Source: Escherichia phage BEU50. From it: a stretch of DNA of 64,000 nt. The position numbers were made by a program, and so were the translations under genes. The stretch is from the sequence record OM632671.1. One strand, written 5' to 3'. The number at the start of each line of letters is the position of its first letter. Position 1 is the first letter of the stretch. The notes beneath the pieces were generated by a model. The model saw nothing but the letters and a program-made list of their open reading frames with translations. It did no database searches and was not told the origin of the DNA. Below, piece by piece: positions 8,205-19,786 of this stretch.

Positions 8205-8864
8205 TTATTTAGCCCTTCCTAGTATTCGGATCGCTTGGTTGCATATAGCCGCTAAGCGATCTTCCTCAAGTATATTACTCCCCTTATACCAATACATCGT
8301 CACAGTTCCAGCATAGATGTTATCCAAATTAAAGTATGGACAACTATACATATAAGAAAGTTCAGCAGTCTTAGATTTTGTAGGCAAAAATGCAAATTCT
8401 GATTTAGATGAGAAATGACGGCCACTTAAATGAATTATATATTCATTAGCCGTTTTATCCACTGGGAATCCGCCAAGGGACTTTTCAGAAATTGTGCTAG
8501 GTAGTTTGCCTTCATAAGCTATAAGGTCGACAAAATAATTTAAGTTTTTAGGTCTGAAAGAATACACAGCACTAAAATCTGCACCAGATGAGATATGAAC
8601 TATTTGCAGTTGTTCTAGAGCCGCAGATTCAAAACGTAAAGCTCGTTCTTTTTGGATTATTTCAGTATAAGTATCATACTTAGCTCTTACATAATAATCC
8701 AGCAAAATACTTCCTTTGTACCATATTAGTGCCATTAGGAACAAAAGAATAATTACCGCTACTCGGGACATTAAAACCTTTCCAGTAGCGTTATCTTTGA
8801 AAATACGATCTAGCAACCCAAATAGAATATCACTAGGCGAAAATGACACTTTTGGTGTTGCCAT
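8205..8864 (-). CDS. t: Holin T
   Basis: 219 aa, strong similarity to T4 holin t along the full length; synteny next to gene 38. Confidence 0.85.
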   Translation of the reverse strand: MATPKVSFSPSDILFGLLDRIFKDNATGKVLMSRVAVIILLFLMALIWYKGSILLDYYVRAKYDTYTEIIQKERALRFESAALEQLQIVHISSGADFSAVYSFRPKNLNYFVDLIAYEGKLPSTISEKSLGGFPVDKTANEYIIHLSGRHFSSKSEFAFLPTKSKTAELSYMYSCPYFNLDNIYAGTVTMYWYKGSNILEEDRLAAICNQAIRILGRAK

Positions 8865-8873
8865 AATACCTCC

Positions 8874-9425
8874 TTACTTAAAGATATTTATAATCGCTTT
8901 GACAATAGATTTGTTTTCAAGGTCAGGGAATTTAGGGAATTCGCCGCCAAGATGTTCATGTTTTTCTAAAAGGGCAAAGAATTTTTTGAGCTCTTTAAAT
9001 TTTCGTTTTTCTTCTCTATTAGCAACCTCTGCGTCAATAAGAGAACTTAAAACACTGAATAATTTATAGAGTTCATGAATTTTCTTATCACGTTGAACTA
9101 CGCGTTTATATGCTTCATCTTCCTTCCACCCATCGTCAGTCCAAATGTCAAATTCACCAGGTTCTTCTGTAGTAACATTTTGAAGAGCACCTGGAGTGTC
9201 AATAACAATTTTTTGCTTATCATAAGTCCATACTGTTTTTCCACGATGGTCTTCAACATATACCCATTCTTGCTCGCGTTCATCAAATACAACAGCATAG
9301 CCTTCTTTAGGGTCTAAAGGTTTTTTTGGTGTCGAATGAGCCGGAAATCCTACGCCTTTTAATGGTTTATAATTTTCTTCTTTGTAAAATTCTTTAGTGT
9401 CAAAATAATAGTGATAGAGTTTCAT
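8874..9425 (-). CDS. 38: gp38 tail fibre assembly chaperone (T4-type)
   Basis: 183 aa, MKLYHYYFDTKEFYKEENYKP matches T4 gp38. Confidence 0.85.
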   Translation of the reverse strand: MKLYHYYFDTKEFYKEENYKPLKGVGFPAHSTPKKPLDPKEGYAVVFDEREQEWVYVEDHRGKTVWTYDKQKIVIDTPGALQNVTTEEPGEFDIWTDDGWKEDEAYKRVVQRDKKIHELYKLFSVLSSLIDAEVANREEKRKFKELKKFFALLEKHEHLGGEFPKFPDLENKSIVKAIINIFK

Positions 9426-9429
9426 ATTA

Positions 9430-9449
9430 TAAAAAGGGACAGAAGTCCC
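9430..9449 (-). terminator. Hairpin with U-run between genes 37 and 38 (minus strand)
   Basis: GGGAC-TTCT-GTCCC stem-loop followed by TTTTT on the minus strand. Confidence 0.4.
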
Positions 9450-9455
9450 TTCTCC

Positions 9456-12400
9456 TTATGCTAAACGAACGATATAGTTAAAAGCAACGTTTTTAACTGT
9501 GTTTTCTGTATTTCCTGTGGCATTTACAGTTATTGTATGTCCATGGGAACCAATTGCAACAGTATGCGTATGAGCACCAATACCTACCGAATGGGTATGA
9601 GCACCGATACCCACAGTATGAGCATGGTTACCCGTAGCGCTAGTAGTTCCTGACCAACTATGGGTGTGGGCACCGTCTGAAGAAGTTTTGGCCATATTCG
9701 ACGATGCAGTAGCACCGCTCACGGATCCAGTGATTTTAGCGTTGCCGTTTGGACCCGCACTATTGTATCCATCATAGAATATGCTAGTGGGTACGACGCC
9801 TTGTATCTGGGGGCCTGAACGCGCGTGTTGGTGAGCTCCTGCGGAACTAGTATTACCACTCACTGTATGGTTATGGTTGCCAGTGGTATTACTGGTCTTA
9901 GTACCATAATCAAAGCTTGAAGTCGTTTTGCTACCATAATCAAAACTAGAAGTGGTCTTAGTACCCAAATCTGTGTTTGATGCACTTGCGCTATGGCTAT
10001 GTGACTTAACACCGTCTGCTTCTGTACTTAATACAGCACGCCCGGATGGTTTACCCTTGATAGTTTGACCACGCATATCAGGCAGAGCACCGGAAGGATA
10101 CACCACAGCTAACTTAGGATACAAGCCAGCATCAAATGTTTGACCTTCCATTATGGCATAACCTTCAGGAGGTGTATCAGTAGGCCAAGGAATCGGAGCA
10201 CCAATTGGATAACTCGACACAATATCTGTCTTAAGGTTATTTATTGTGGTATTCAAGTTAGCAAAATTACCAGAACCACCGGTGATATTACCATCAGTAC
10301 CAAAAGTGGCAGCACCGGCAATAATTTTACCAGCAGCACGGAAATCACCAGTGCGACGGAATTCCCAACTTAAATCAGTGCCACCAGTACTGGTGCCTTG
10401 GTGGTAATGAACACGGAAATCTCCTTGATTAATTAATGTCCCGATAGAATAAGTGCTATCACCTTGCACATAACGTTGTTTAACAATAGGAATATATTCA
10501 GAAGTAGCAGTACGCTCTATATTCATATAGATTGGAGCTCTGGAGTTTGCGTCATTCTGAGATGCAAATGAACCACAACCTGCTGGGCGAACTCCATCAG
10601 AAGCCTCAATATCTATATAAGCATTTTGTCCTAATTGCATACGGTAATTAGGAGAAATGCGACTATTACTAGTAACAACAACAAGTTTGTTATCATTGTC
10701 CACTGTAATCATATTACCGCCAGCTCCATCATCGCCTAACGTGACAGAATGACGCATTTGTACCATACCATTATTAAGACTAATACTTAATGGACGGAGA
10801 TTGCTTATTCCACCTGATTCTCCAGCATCTTTAGGAGTCGGGATAATATGCAATGCCGCTTCAGAACGACGGAAAATAGCGCCGTATTCAGCATTCCAAA
10901 TTCTTAATGCATCAGCTGTTCCACCGAATTTAGCTTGTCCAGTAATAGAAGAACCACCTTGAACAAACAATCCATTATTCATTGTAACGTTGCCAACTAG
11001 AGTGCTTAATCCGTTAACTCTAAGACTTCCGTCGGTTATTAAGCTTCCTCTAGCATTAACCTGTCCATTGAACTGAGTTACAACAGGCCCAGTAGTTTCA
11101 GAGCCACTTGGAGCCACACGCTGTGAATAAAAATAATATCCTTGCCCATCTGATACTTCAAAAACCGTTTCACGATTACGATCGCCAGATGCGTTAAATG
11201 AATTACCCCATGCTTTAACAGTTACATAGCTTTTATTCTGACCAGCACGAGTACCGCCTTCCCACAAAATTTGCTTAGTGCCATCAATACCTGAAGCTGC
11301 TTTAAAAACTAGAGAAGCATTAGTTCCATCACCATTAAAATATAATCCATTATTAAGTTTTAATGTTTGAACAGAAGCGATGGTACCATCAGCACGCAAA
11401 TTTAACGAATTTGAACCGGTTTTAATATCTAAAATGCCAGGCTCAACAAGAAGCCCATCACCCATACTAATGGACATACGACCCGTGCCACGGAAATAGT
11501 GATACATTTTAGAATTACTGCTATAACCGATATGAGTTTGACCATCACCATTATTATTACCATCAACATCGGTACGCGCAGTAAACATTGCTTGGTTGTT
11601 ATTTGGGTAATCCCAAGTAGTACCAGAATCGCGGCTATAACCGACCATCAATTTCTTAGTGCTGTTAATACCTTTATTCAAAATGGTAGCGGATGAAATA
11701 CCGTTAGCCATGAAATCAATAACACCGTCGCGGACCCATTTAATACCGGTGTCGTTATCACCAATTGCAATACCTATAGAAATCGCAGAATCTAAAGGAT
11801 AACGTCCATTTGTACCATTATCAGGAAGACCTACCGAAATCGATTTACCTGCAGTAATACGACCGGAGGTATCAAACGCCCATTGGAAAGATTCCGGGCC
11901 TACACCTGTCCACCAAGAAATTTCTTGTGGCTTACCTTTTCGGCAATCGGCAATTTCATGGAAAATACTTGATGCACTTGATGCACGCAATTTACGCAAA
12001 TAGTTTAAACCGTTAGTAGTATTATCAGAACCATCAGCCGGTGGGTTATAAACCCAAGTAGGTAAAGAAACCCAATCATATCCAATGTTAGCATTAGCTA
12101 CAAATCTTTTTGTACTAAAATTAATATTTTTAGTAACAATTTCAGGACCGGTGATAATACCATTAGCAGAGTTTATATTGCCTGAAGCAGAAATATTACC
12201 GGTACGAACTTCAATACTACCGGAATCTACGATGAAATTACCATTTCGATTAAAAGTCCAATATTTTGAAGTCCCGGTTTCATCAATATAATGGAATTTA
12301 AAACTACCTTCGTTTACTAATGTACCGGCAGAAAAAGTACCGTCTTTATAACGTTGCTTAATCAGAGGATGATATTCTGATACTGAGGTAGTTGAACTCA

Positions 12401-12740
12401 AATCTGTAAAGATAGGGGCTTTATTTAGGTGTTGATTTGCCCAAGCACCATTACCAGCTATTTTAGGTAAAAATTCAATATATTTTCCTGCATAAACAAA
12501 CTGGTTTCCATTAAGATTATATGTACCGTTTTGTAAATAATCGCCATTTTGAGTTACATTACCGTTAATATCCCCACCCTTAGCAAAGCCTAGGCTAATA
12601 ATATTACCGAGGTCATCTTTAGTAAAAAGAGTTCGATCTTTTAAGTTTATCGCTAATTCACCTTCGGCTAATTGTGCTGCAGTAGGATTAACTCCTGCCA
12701 CTTTGCTTCTTTTAAATTGTATCTGTTTTAATGTAGCCAT
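9456..12740 (-). CDS. 37: Long tail fibre distal subunit gp37 (receptor-recognising tip)
   Basis: 1094 aa; C-terminal region with repeated GxHxH histidine boxes as in T4 gp37; synteny 34-35-36-37-38. Confidence 0.9.
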   Translation of the reverse strand: MATLKQIQFKRSKVAGVNPTAAQLAEGELAINLKDRTLFTKDDLGNIISLGFAKGGDINGNVTQNGDYLQNGTYNLNGNQFVYAGKYIEFLPKIAGNGAWANQHLNKAPIFTDLSSTTSVSEYHPLIKQRYKDGTFSAGTLVNEGSFKFHYIDETGTSKYWTFNRNGNFIVDSGSIEVRTGNISASGNINSANGIITGPEIVTKNINFSTKRFVANANIGYDWVSLPTWVYNPPADGSDNTTNGLNYLRKLRASSASSIFHEIADCRKGKPQEISWWTGVGPESFQWAFDTSGRITAGKSISVGLPDNGTNGRYPLDSAISIGIAIGDNDTGIKWVRDGVIDFMANGISSATILNKGINSTKKLMVGYSRDSGTTWDYPNNNQAMFTARTDVDGNNNGDGQTHIGYSSNSKMYHYFRGTGRMSISMGDGLLVEPGILDIKTGSNSLNLRADGTIASVQTLKLNNGLYFNGDGTNASLVFKAASGIDGTKQILWEGGTRAGQNKSYVTVKAWGNSFNASGDRNRETVFEVSDGQGYYFYSQRVAPSGSETTGPVVTQFNGQVNARGSLITDGSLRVNGLSTLVGNVTMNNGLFVQGGSSITGQAKFGGTADALRIWNAEYGAIFRRSEAALHIIPTPKDAGESGGISNLRPLSISLNNGMVQMRHSVTLGDDGAGGNMITVDNDNKLVVVTSNSRISPNYRMQLGQNAYIDIEASDGVRPAGCGSFASQNDANSRAPIYMNIERTATSEYIPIVKQRYVQGDSTYSIGTLINQGDFRVHYHQGTSTGGTDLSWEFRRTGDFRAAGKIIAGAATFGTDGNITGGSGNFANLNTTINNLKTDIVSSYPIGAPIPWPTDTPPEGYAIMEGQTFDAGLYPKLAVVYPSGALPDMRGQTIKGKPSGRAVLSTEADGVKSHSHSASASNTDLGTKTTSSFDYGSKTTSSFDYGTKTSNTTGNHNHTVSGNTSSAGAHQHARSGPQIQGVVPTSIFYDGYNSAGPNGNAKITGSVSGATASSNMAKTSSDGAHTHSWSGTTSATGNHAHTVGIGAHTHSVGIGAHTHTVAIGSHGHTITVNATGNTENTVKNVAFNYIVRLA

Positions 12741-12748
12741 AAGTCCTC

Positions 12749-13414
12749 TTAATAATAGCCGAAATCTTGAACAGAATCCTTAATTACGATTTGGTCGAAA
12801 CGAGGAACGTGATTAGCCTCGGATGCCGGATTCTGTGAGAAAAAGTTTGGTGCTGTTAAAGTACCAGTCATGGTATCGCCAGAACGCAATACACGGGAAT
12901 TTGCGTTATCCGTAACAATATTTATTCGTCCATCAACATAATCTTTTCTAGTAAGGTCATTCGCTGCTATAGGAGCAGTAGCGTTAGAACGGACAGGACC
13001 GGTTGCATAAAAACCGCCCTTAGTGCTGATATCACCGGTACGAGTGTTAATAACCACAGTACGTAATGCAGAACCTTGAGAAGATTTAAATCCAATGCCA
13101 TACCATGAAACAATATCAATGTTTGCCATATCATATGTTGCATTGTCTCCGTTGCCTGGGAAAATACCACTTTGATTTGTGTTATTTACGGCATAAGGTA
13201 TTTGCACACCATTATTAAATGTTACTCGAGCGGCATACGTACCACCATTAGCTTTAGAAACGAAATCGTTATCAGCAGCTTGTGGTTTATTATATTCTGA
13301 ATAGAGTTTAAACGTTTTATACAGGACGTCATCACCTGCTGGCATTAAAGGGAAATTACCTTGATGCCATATAACAGCACCGCCAGTTGTACTACCAGCT
13401 TTTAAATCGGCCAT
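12749..13414 (-). CDS. 36: Long tail fibre distal connector gp36
   Basis: 221 aa, same size as T4 gp36; synteny. Confidence 0.85.
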   Translation of the reverse strand: MADLKAGSTTGGAVIWHQGNFPLMPAGDDVLYKTFKLYSEYNKPQAADNDFVSKANGGTYAARVTFNNGVQIPYAVNNTNQSGIFPGNGDNATYDMANIDIVSWYGIGFKSSQGSALRTVVINTRTGDISTKGGFYATGPVRSNATAPIAANDLTRKDYVDGRINIVTDNANSRVLRSGDTMTGTLTAPNFFSQNPASEANHVPRFDQIVIKDSVQDFGYY

Positions 13415-13438
13415 AGTTGTCTCCTTATATGTATACCA

Positions 13439-13446
13439 TATTTATA
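13439..13446 (-). promoter_or_regulatory. Late promoter TATAAATA upstream of gene 36
   Basis: Plus-strand TATTTATA gives TATAAATA on the minus strand 25 bp upstream of gene 36 ATG. Confidence 0.5.
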
Positions 13447-13471
13447 CAAAAATGGGAGACCGAAGTCTCCC
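13447..13471 (-). terminator. Intrinsic terminator after gene 35 (GGGAGAC-TTCG-GTCTCCC plus U-run)
   Basis: Perfect 7-bp stem with UUCG loop followed by ATTTTTG on the minus strand. Confidence 0.5.
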
Positions 13472-13476
13472 TAAAT

Positions 13477-14604
13477 TTATTCTGATGCTTCTTTAAATTC
13501 TTGTCCAAATACCTTACCAGTATCAGTTGAAGATTGAGTAGGTAATGTCATTATGTCTGGGGCACTTAAAGACTCTGAAACATAATTTACACGAATACCA
13601 TTTATACCAAACTCAGCAGGTTTTGAAACGCTTCCATTACATGATACTTCAGTGAATATAACGTTTCTTAATCCACCTTGCCCGACTGGAGCTGTACGAT
13701 AACAATAAATCGTGAACCCGTCAGCACCAGCAGGAATTTCTATGTAGTCTTCATATATCTTCCATTCACCTGCAGCCCCATCAAAGTTTGTATCCTTAAA
13801 TGAAATAGGTGAAGTAGAAGGAGATTTAAAGAAACGAATAGAAAGTCGTGTCGTCCCTTGTGCTAACAAATCAGCATCGGCCATTAGTTGGAATTTCATA
13901 TAAAGGAAATCTCCAGGCTTCAATTTATACCCAGCGAGAGGTGTAATAATGGACGTTGTAGGCATCCTTTTAATTTCATTATTAGTACCTCCAACAGCAG
14001 ATAAAAATGTGTCTGTCGATTCGTACGTACGACTAGGGAAGCCGGTAGCACCAATATCATCGATCGTGTCGTACACAACATCAAGTGGTGTACTATAGTC
14101 GGTTGAAGTTTTCTTATTACTATACTTAATATGTTCTAGTGCTATAGCATTCTTACCAGAAATATAAAATGCAGAATAAGAAATGTCCACTATATTTAAA
14201 ACTTGTTGAGCTAATGGAATAGCAGAACTCCCAGCTTTAGTAAACCATGCAAGAACTTCAGGAGGAAAGTTTGTTTTAGCGTTAGTAACAAGAGCAAATA
14301 TAAAATTTGAAGCATATGTGTCCATGAAAGTAACAAATGCACTTGACGTGGCGTCGTTTTCAGTAGAGAAATTATATGTCTTAGATTCAACTACTGCACC
14401 TGTTGTAGGATTTATTACACGAACGTTTAATCCAACGGAAAAAACCTGAGACCCAAGTGGATTATCTTGAAACTTAATATAAGCAGGAGATGTTGATAGC
14501 GGGCAAGAGCCCGCTATGCTTAATTTAAATCGTACTGAATTGCTTTCCGATAAAAATGGCGTTTGGACGTATCCTTGTCCAAACTTAGCCATAAATTTTT
14601 CCAT
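13477..14604 (-). CDS. 35: Long tail fibre hinge connector gp35
   Basis: 375 aa; synteny and size (T4 372 aa). Confidence 0.85.
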   Translation of the reverse strand: MEKFMAKFGQGYVQTPFLSESNSVRFKLSIAGSCPLSTSPAYIKFQDNPLGSQVFSVGLNVRVINPTTGAVVESKTYNFSTENDATSSAFVTFMDTYASNFIFALVTNAKTNFPPEVLAWFTKAGSSAIPLAQQVLNIVDISYSAFYISGKNAIALEHIKYSNKKTSTDYSTPLDVVYDTIDDIGATGFPSRTYESTDTFLSAVGGTNNEIKRMPTTSIITPLAGYKLKPGDFLYMKFQLMADADLLAQGTTRLSIRFFKSPSTSPISFKDTNFDGAAGEWKIYEDYIEIPAGADGFTIYCYRTAPVGQGGLRNVIFTEVSCNGSVSKPAEFGINGIRVNYVSESLSAPDIMTLPTQSSTDTGKVFGQEFKEASE

Positions 14605-14612
14605 AATACCTC

Positions 14613-17600
14613 TTATTCAATCCACTCGAATTTAACAGATTTATTCACAGGGTCTGGAATAATGCGGACATTACCAATCCTTAAGAAATCCCTTATTGTC
14701 AAGTTTCCGACTGTTGCATTATCAGAAGGTAAAGCACCAATATCAGAAGGTTGAGGAGGGTTTCCACCATCAAATACCTGAACAAAACTCGACCAAGAAT
14801 TTTTGGTTTTCTGCCATGTACGTGTCCAACGGGTTGTACGTGCTTCTGGAGTTGTTGGATAAGTAATCCAATCTTGGTAAAGTGAATCAAGTGTATTACC
14901 AAACTGAGTCAATGTACCAGGAGATTTAACTTCTTCGCCACGTTCTAAGTATGGAAGCCCAGTCACTTCATTAGTTTTTTCAACCATTTTAAAATAACCT
15001 GGGAACTGGTTATAAGTGGCTGAATCGTTAATATCGATTGACCAGAATCCTACTGTATCAGATGTTGGTGCGCGGGTGTATAAATCAGATGTTTTATTGC
15101 CCTGAGAACGAATTCTCGAGTTAACAGTCAAACCACCTGAATTTATAGTAGCACCTTTGGCAATGATTAAGCTTTCACCAATTGTGACTTGACCGGATGC
15201 ATTATTAATAGCTAAAGGACGTAATCCATTAAATCCACCAGTTTGGTCACCAGAAGCAGTTAACATGAAATAGGTGCTGCCCCCATCATTGCGAATAAAG
15301 AATCCGTAATCACCACTAATTGCTCTGAAAGCATTTGCAGACTTGCTAATGAATTCACCATTGGCTGTAACTGAACGACCAAATGTTGCAACGCCATTAA
15401 CATTCATCAAACCGGAAGCATTAATGTTTATTGGCATCACAGTACCATTAATGCTAAACGCTATATTCCCAGCTTTATTACGTTGAGAATAAAAGTGATT
15501 AGATGTTTCATCACCAACTTCAAATACAGTAGAACGTGTTGTATCTGAACCACCACCAAATTCATTTCCCCAAACTCTGATAGTCATCGTCTGTGCTGGG
15601 TTAGTTCCAGTTTGAGGTCCTTTCTCAAAAATCAGACGAGTTGCCGTTCCAGTATTAGAAATAGTTAATGTACTATTTGCCGAAACTGAACCACCAAACG
15701 TAGCAGTACTAGATGATACAAGAGGGGCACTCAGATTCGTTTGTTGGGTTAAGGTTAGTGAACCATTAACCGTCTGTGCAATATCCCTACGAATGAACTG
15801 AGATGAATCTAGGCCATCTAATAAATTTGCGTCAGCAGCTTTAGCTTTCAATGGCAAATAGTTAGCAAGTACACGGTTTAATTCATATGGAGATATAGCA
15901 TAGCTATTTTTCTCATATGATTCTAAAGGTTGTGTTGAACCAACTGTATCATTACCAACAAATGTAATAGAACCGGATGAAGTTTTAACGAATCCGCGAA
16001 TTGCTGTAGTAGCAGCCCATGTTGGTTCGTTCTGGACAATCCATTTTAAATTCTTAGGAGATACAGCAGTATTAGCAGAAGTTCCTGTTACAGTTTCAGC
16101 CTGAGTAGCAACCTTAATTACGCCTTCAGACGTTTCAGTGGACTTAGTCCCTAAAAGCTTTTTAGGAGTAATAAGAACATCATCTAAAGTTCCTGCATTA
16201 GATTCTGCCTGAGTCGCTACGCGAAGTGTACCACGTTGTGTTTCATTTGCTTTAGAAATATCAAGAGTATAATGGTTCCACAAGGTTCCTTCTTCAATAA
16301 GTCCGGAATCAGAATTAACACTGGTACGGTCAGAAGAATCAAAATGAGTTTTAATTTTCAGTGGAGTCGAGATACGAGTATCATCAGTTCCAGTATCAAA
16401 TTCAACTTGCGTAGCAAGTTCGGCTATGCCGGATAATCCTTCCGTAGCTTTCCTATCATTTAACGTCTTAGGCGTTACTGCACGTGTATAATCAGTCCCA
16501 GCATTAGTTTCTGCTTGCGTAGCAATTTCAATTAAACCAATACGTCCATCAGTAGAAGTTTTCTTATGTAGTGTTTCAGGAGTTACTACAGCGTGAGAAT
16601 AACCTGCTTGAGATTGTCCAGCAATTACTTCACTATCAACAGCTAAAATTACTGCACCTTGTTGAGCATAAGTTGCTTTATATTGGTCAAGGGCTTTAGG
16701 AGAAATAGTTAAATTATTTACGGTTTTATTATAAACGTTAGTGCCTGCGGCCCCACGAGTTTCAGCAGGAGTAGCAGAAGTAGTTGATACATATTTAACT
16801 ATACCAGATAGTGTTTCAGAACCCTGACGTGCCTGCAATTTCTTAGGTGTAATAATCGTTGTGTCATCAAGACCAGCATCGGTTTCAGTCTGAGTAGCAA
16901 TTTCAGCAAGACCGCGACGAGTTTCAGTTGCTGTACGCTCATTTAGTTTTTTAGGCGTAACAATAGTATCGTCCACAAATGATGATGTGGAATTCTGGTT
17001 AACTTGTGCTGTTGTAGCAATTTTAGCGATACCACGTCGAGCTTCAGTTGCTGTACGATTTGCCAACGTTTCAGGAGTAATAGCCACTTCTTTAGCTGGA
17101 GTATTCTCTAAATCAACATTTGCCTGTGCCTGAGTTGCAAGAGCAATAACACCTAAACGAGCTCGTGTAGCATCAGTTCCAGCATCAACACGTTCTACTG
17201 TAGGGACGTTTTGTTGAACAACCCAGTAACTTGTACCAGCAACGGTGTCTTCGATATACGCTAATTCTAATACAGGAACATATGAAGTAGTGCCATTGAA
17301 TTCTAGTTCAGTAACAGAGACCCATTGAGCATCGGGTGGATATTCAGAACGTTTAGGGAACTGAAGTAATGCAACAGAAGAAGCAATTGTATCACCTTCG
17401 GCAGCTTTAATTTTTACTGTTTGGCCTTTACGCATGTAGTTCATTGAAATTTTAACAGTATCACCGGTCAAAATTCCTGTAGGAAGCGTAAGGTTAATAG
17501 TTTCTGCTGTAGCGTTATTTGTACCAAAAATAAGAACTTCTTCATTTGGGCGAATATTTGAATCTGTACGGATAATACGAAGACGTGATTTCTGGTCGCC

Positions 17601-18488
17601 TTCCCATATACGCCATAAACTATTTGCAGCATCAAAAACAAAAAACGCGTCAGAAGAAGTTCTACCTTCGACGATATGAGTCCCGACTTCGCCAATAGAC
17701 GTTGTATCATCAAATGTTTTAATAATCGTATGATACAGTGGGTTTAATTTATCTAAATCGACTAGGCTGATTATATCACCATTGTTAGCATTACGTGGAA
17801 GTGTAATGTTGATTGGTGCTGCACTAGTAAAACGACGAACGATAAAATCATTTGCTTGTGCTTGATATGGTGTCGCAGGTGTAACAGTGATTGATTCTTT
17901 ACCATAATCGGTAATATACATCTGCCACAAACGATTACTAAACACAAACAATAGTTGTGAACGTGGGCGCGTCATTAAAACTGTACGAACTTGTTCACCT
18001 CTAAAGTTTAAAATACTCTGCACAGACGCGTTAATCTGTACTTTAACTGTCCCGGTTCTTCCACCAATATCAGCCAAAACAACAGTATCGCCATCAACCG
18101 GCGTATTCGGCAACGTGAAAACCATATCATTGCCGGCACCAGTGTTAACCGAAATCGATTCACCTGAAGAAAGTTGATAAGTCCCAGAAGCGACAGTTAT
18201 CCATTGTGCATCGGTACGAACTGCACGCCATTGTAAAAGGTTAAATGCCCCGGAAGGAGACACGATATCATTTATTGCTTGATATAAACGGTTGTCATAA
18301 AGAACAACAAATCCTTTGTTATATCCACGCGTAGAATCATATACTTGAACGGTGTTTTCTTGTACCAGGAAGTCAACGTTTACGCCATCAGTACCTACTG
18401 TACGGTCGGCTAATGCTACGTTAACAATCTTGTCGCCACCGGCGTCCAGTCCGTCTTCGGCTCTGAACTTACGTTTGATGTCGGCCAT
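14613..18488 (-). CDS. 34: Long tail fibre proximal subunit gp34
   Basis: 1291 aa (T4 1289 aa), internal repeat-rich fibre protein; synteny. Confidence 0.9.
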   Translation of the reverse strand: MADIKRKFRAEDGLDAGGDKIVNVALADRTVGTDGVNVDFLVQENTVQVYDSTRGYNKGFVVLYDNRLYQAINDIVSPSGAFNLLQWRAVRTDAQWITVASGTYQLSSGESISVNTGAGNDMVFTLPNTPVDGDTVVLADIGGRTGTVKVQINASVQSILNFRGEQVRTVLMTRPRSQLLFVFSNRLWQMYITDYGKESITVTPATPYQAQANDFIVRRFTSAAPINITLPRNANNGDIISLVDLDKLNPLYHTIIKTFDDTTSIGEVGTHIVEGRTSSDAFFVFDAANSLWRIWEGDQKSRLRIIRTDSNIRPNEEVLIFGTNNATAETINLTLPTGILTGDTVKISMNYMRKGQTVKIKAAEGDTIASSVALLQFPKRSEYPPDAQWVSVTELEFNGTTSYVPVLELAYIEDTVAGTSYWVVQQNVPTVERVDAGTDATRARLGVIALATQAQANVDLENTPAKEVAITPETLANRTATEARRGIAKIATTAQVNQNSTSSFVDDTIVTPKKLNERTATETRRGLAEIATQTETDAGLDDTTIITPKKLQARQGSETLSGIVKYVSTTSATPAETRGAAGTNVYNKTVNNLTISPKALDQYKATYAQQGAVILAVDSEVIAGQSQAGYSHAVVTPETLHKKTSTDGRIGLIEIATQAETNAGTDYTRAVTPKTLNDRKATEGLSGIAELATQVEFDTGTDDTRISTPLKIKTHFDSSDRTSVNSDSGLIEEGTLWNHYTLDISKANETQRGTLRVATQAESNAGTLDDVLITPKKLLGTKSTETSEGVIKVATQAETVTGTSANTAVSPKNLKWIVQNEPTWAATTAIRGFVKTSSGSITFVGNDTVGSTQPLESYEKNSYAISPYELNRVLANYLPLKAKAADANLLDGLDSSQFIRRDIAQTVNGSLTLTQQTNLSAPLVSSSTATFGGSVSANSTLTISNTGTATRLIFEKGPQTGTNPAQTMTIRVWGNEFGGGSDTTRSTVFEVGDETSNHFYSQRNKAGNIAFSINGTVMPININASGLMNVNGVATFGRSVTANGEFISKSANAFRAISGDYGFFIRNDGGSTYFMLTASGDQTGGFNGLRPLAINNASGQVTIGESLIIAKGATINSGGLTVNSRIRSQGNKTSDLYTRAPTSDTVGFWSIDINDSATYNQFPGYFKMVEKTNEVTGLPYLERGEEVKSPGTLTQFGNTLDSLYQDWITYPTTPEARTTRWTRTWQKTKNSWSSFVQVFDGGNPPQPSDIGALPSDNATVGNLTIRDFLRIGNVRIIPDPVNKSVKFEWIE

Positions 18489-18518
18489 TCGTTTTTCCTT
18501 TATTGTTTCAATAATACT

Positions 18519-18526
18519 TATTTATA
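18519..18526 (-). promoter_or_regulatory. Late promoter TATAAATA for gene 34
   Basis: Plus-strand TATTTATA 18519-18526, about 30 bp upstream of gene 34 start on the minus strand. Confidence 0.55.
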
Positions 18527-18529
18527 CCA

Positions 18530-18559
18530 GTTTACGCTTTCAAATGAGTGTGTTACTAT
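18530..18559 (+). promoter_or_regulatory. Early promoter for rnh (GTTTAC, TGtTACTAT)
   Basis: GTTTAC 18530-18535, extended -10 TGTTACTAT 18551-18559. Confidence 0.5.
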
Positions 18560-18591
18560 AGACAAGTTGACTAACTGAACAAGAGGTTCAT

Positions 18592-19509
18592 ATGGATTTA
18601 GAAATGATGTTGGATGAAGATTACAAAGAAGGTATTGCACTTGCCGACTTTAGTAACATTGCATTGGCAGCCGCATTAAACAACTTTGAAGACGGCGATA
18701 AAATTACTGTTCCAATGGTTCGCCATGTAATCTTGAATTCAATTCGTAAAAACGTAGTGATGTTCCGTAAGCAAGGCTATACAAAATTTGTATTGTGTAT
18801 GGATAATGCTACTTCAGGTTATTGGCGACGTGACTTTGCTTACTATTACAAGAAAAATCGTAAAACCGATCGTGAAGCTTCAAAGTGGGATTGGGAAGGA
18901 TATTTTACTGCACTCCATCAAGTTGTTGATGAGATTAAGAAATACATGCCATACGTTGTAATGGATATTGACAAGTATGAAGCAGATGACCATATCGGTG
19001 TATTAACTAAATATTTGTCATTAGCTGGTCATAAGGTATGTATTGTTGCATCAGATGGTGACTTTACACAATTACACAAATATCCTAACGTTAAACAGTG
19101 GTCGCCACCACAGAAAAAATGGGTTAAAATTAAGAACGGTTCTGCTGAAATTGATTGCATGACTAAAATTCTTAAAGGTGACCGTAAAGACGGCGTTGCA
19201 TCTGTTCGAGTTCGTGGCGACTTCTGGTTTACCAGAGTTGATGGTGAACGAACTCCAAGCATGAAAACATCAATTATTGAAGCAATTGCTAACGACCGTT
19301 CTCAAGCTGAAGTATTATTAAGTGCAGAAGAATATAAACGGTATCAAGAAAATTTGGTTCTCATTGATTTTGATTATATCCCTGATAATATTGCTTCAAC
19401 CATTATAGAGTATTATAACTCATATAAACCACAACCTAAAGGCAAGATTTATTCATACTTTGTAAAATCTGGTCTTTCTAAATTAACAAGTGTAATTAAT
19501 GAATTCTGA
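18592..19509 (+). CDS. rnh: RNase H (5'-3' exonuclease)
   Basis: 305 aa, same size as T4 RNase H, FEN-family acidic motifs; synteny. Confidence 0.9.
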   Translation: MDLEMMLDEDYKEGIALADFSNIALAAALNNFEDGDKITVPMVRHVILNSIRKNVVMFRKQGYTKFVLCMDNATSGYWRRDFAYYYKKNRKTDREASKWDWEGYFTALHQVVDEIKKYMPYVVMDIDKYEADDHIGVLTKYLSLAGHKVCIVASDGDFTQLHKYPNVKQWSPPQKKWVKIKNGSAEIDCMTKILKGDRKDGVASVRVRGDFWFTRVDGERTPSMKTSIIEAIANDRSQAEVLLSAEEYKRYQENLVLIDFDYIPDNIASTIIEYYNSYKPQPKGKIYSYFVKSGLSKLTSVINEF

Positions 19510-19516
19510 GGTAAAC

Positions 19517-19786
19517 ATGGCTAAGAAAGAAGCAGTTGAATTTAATCAAGATGTGCATGGTGAAGAACTGGCTAAACTAGTCAAGGAAGCTTCCGATAAC
19601 AAACTTAAAATTTCTGGTTATAATGAACTGATTAAAGACATTCGTACTCGTGCTAAAGAAGAGCTTGGTGTCGATGGAAAAATGTTTAATCGTTTGTTAG
19701 CTCTTTATCATAAAGACGCTCGTGACCAATTTGAAGCTGAAAACGAAGAGGTAGTCGAGCTTTATGACACAGTTTTCACTAAGTGA
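19517..19786 (+). CDS. dsbA: dsDNA-binding protein DsbA
   Basis: 89 aa from ATG 19517, MAKKE... similar to T4 DsbA. Confidence 0.8.
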   Translation: MAKKEAVEFNQDVHGEELAKLVKEASDNKLKISGYNELIKDIRTRAKEELGVDGKMFNRLLALYHKDARDQFEAENEEVVELYDTVFTK

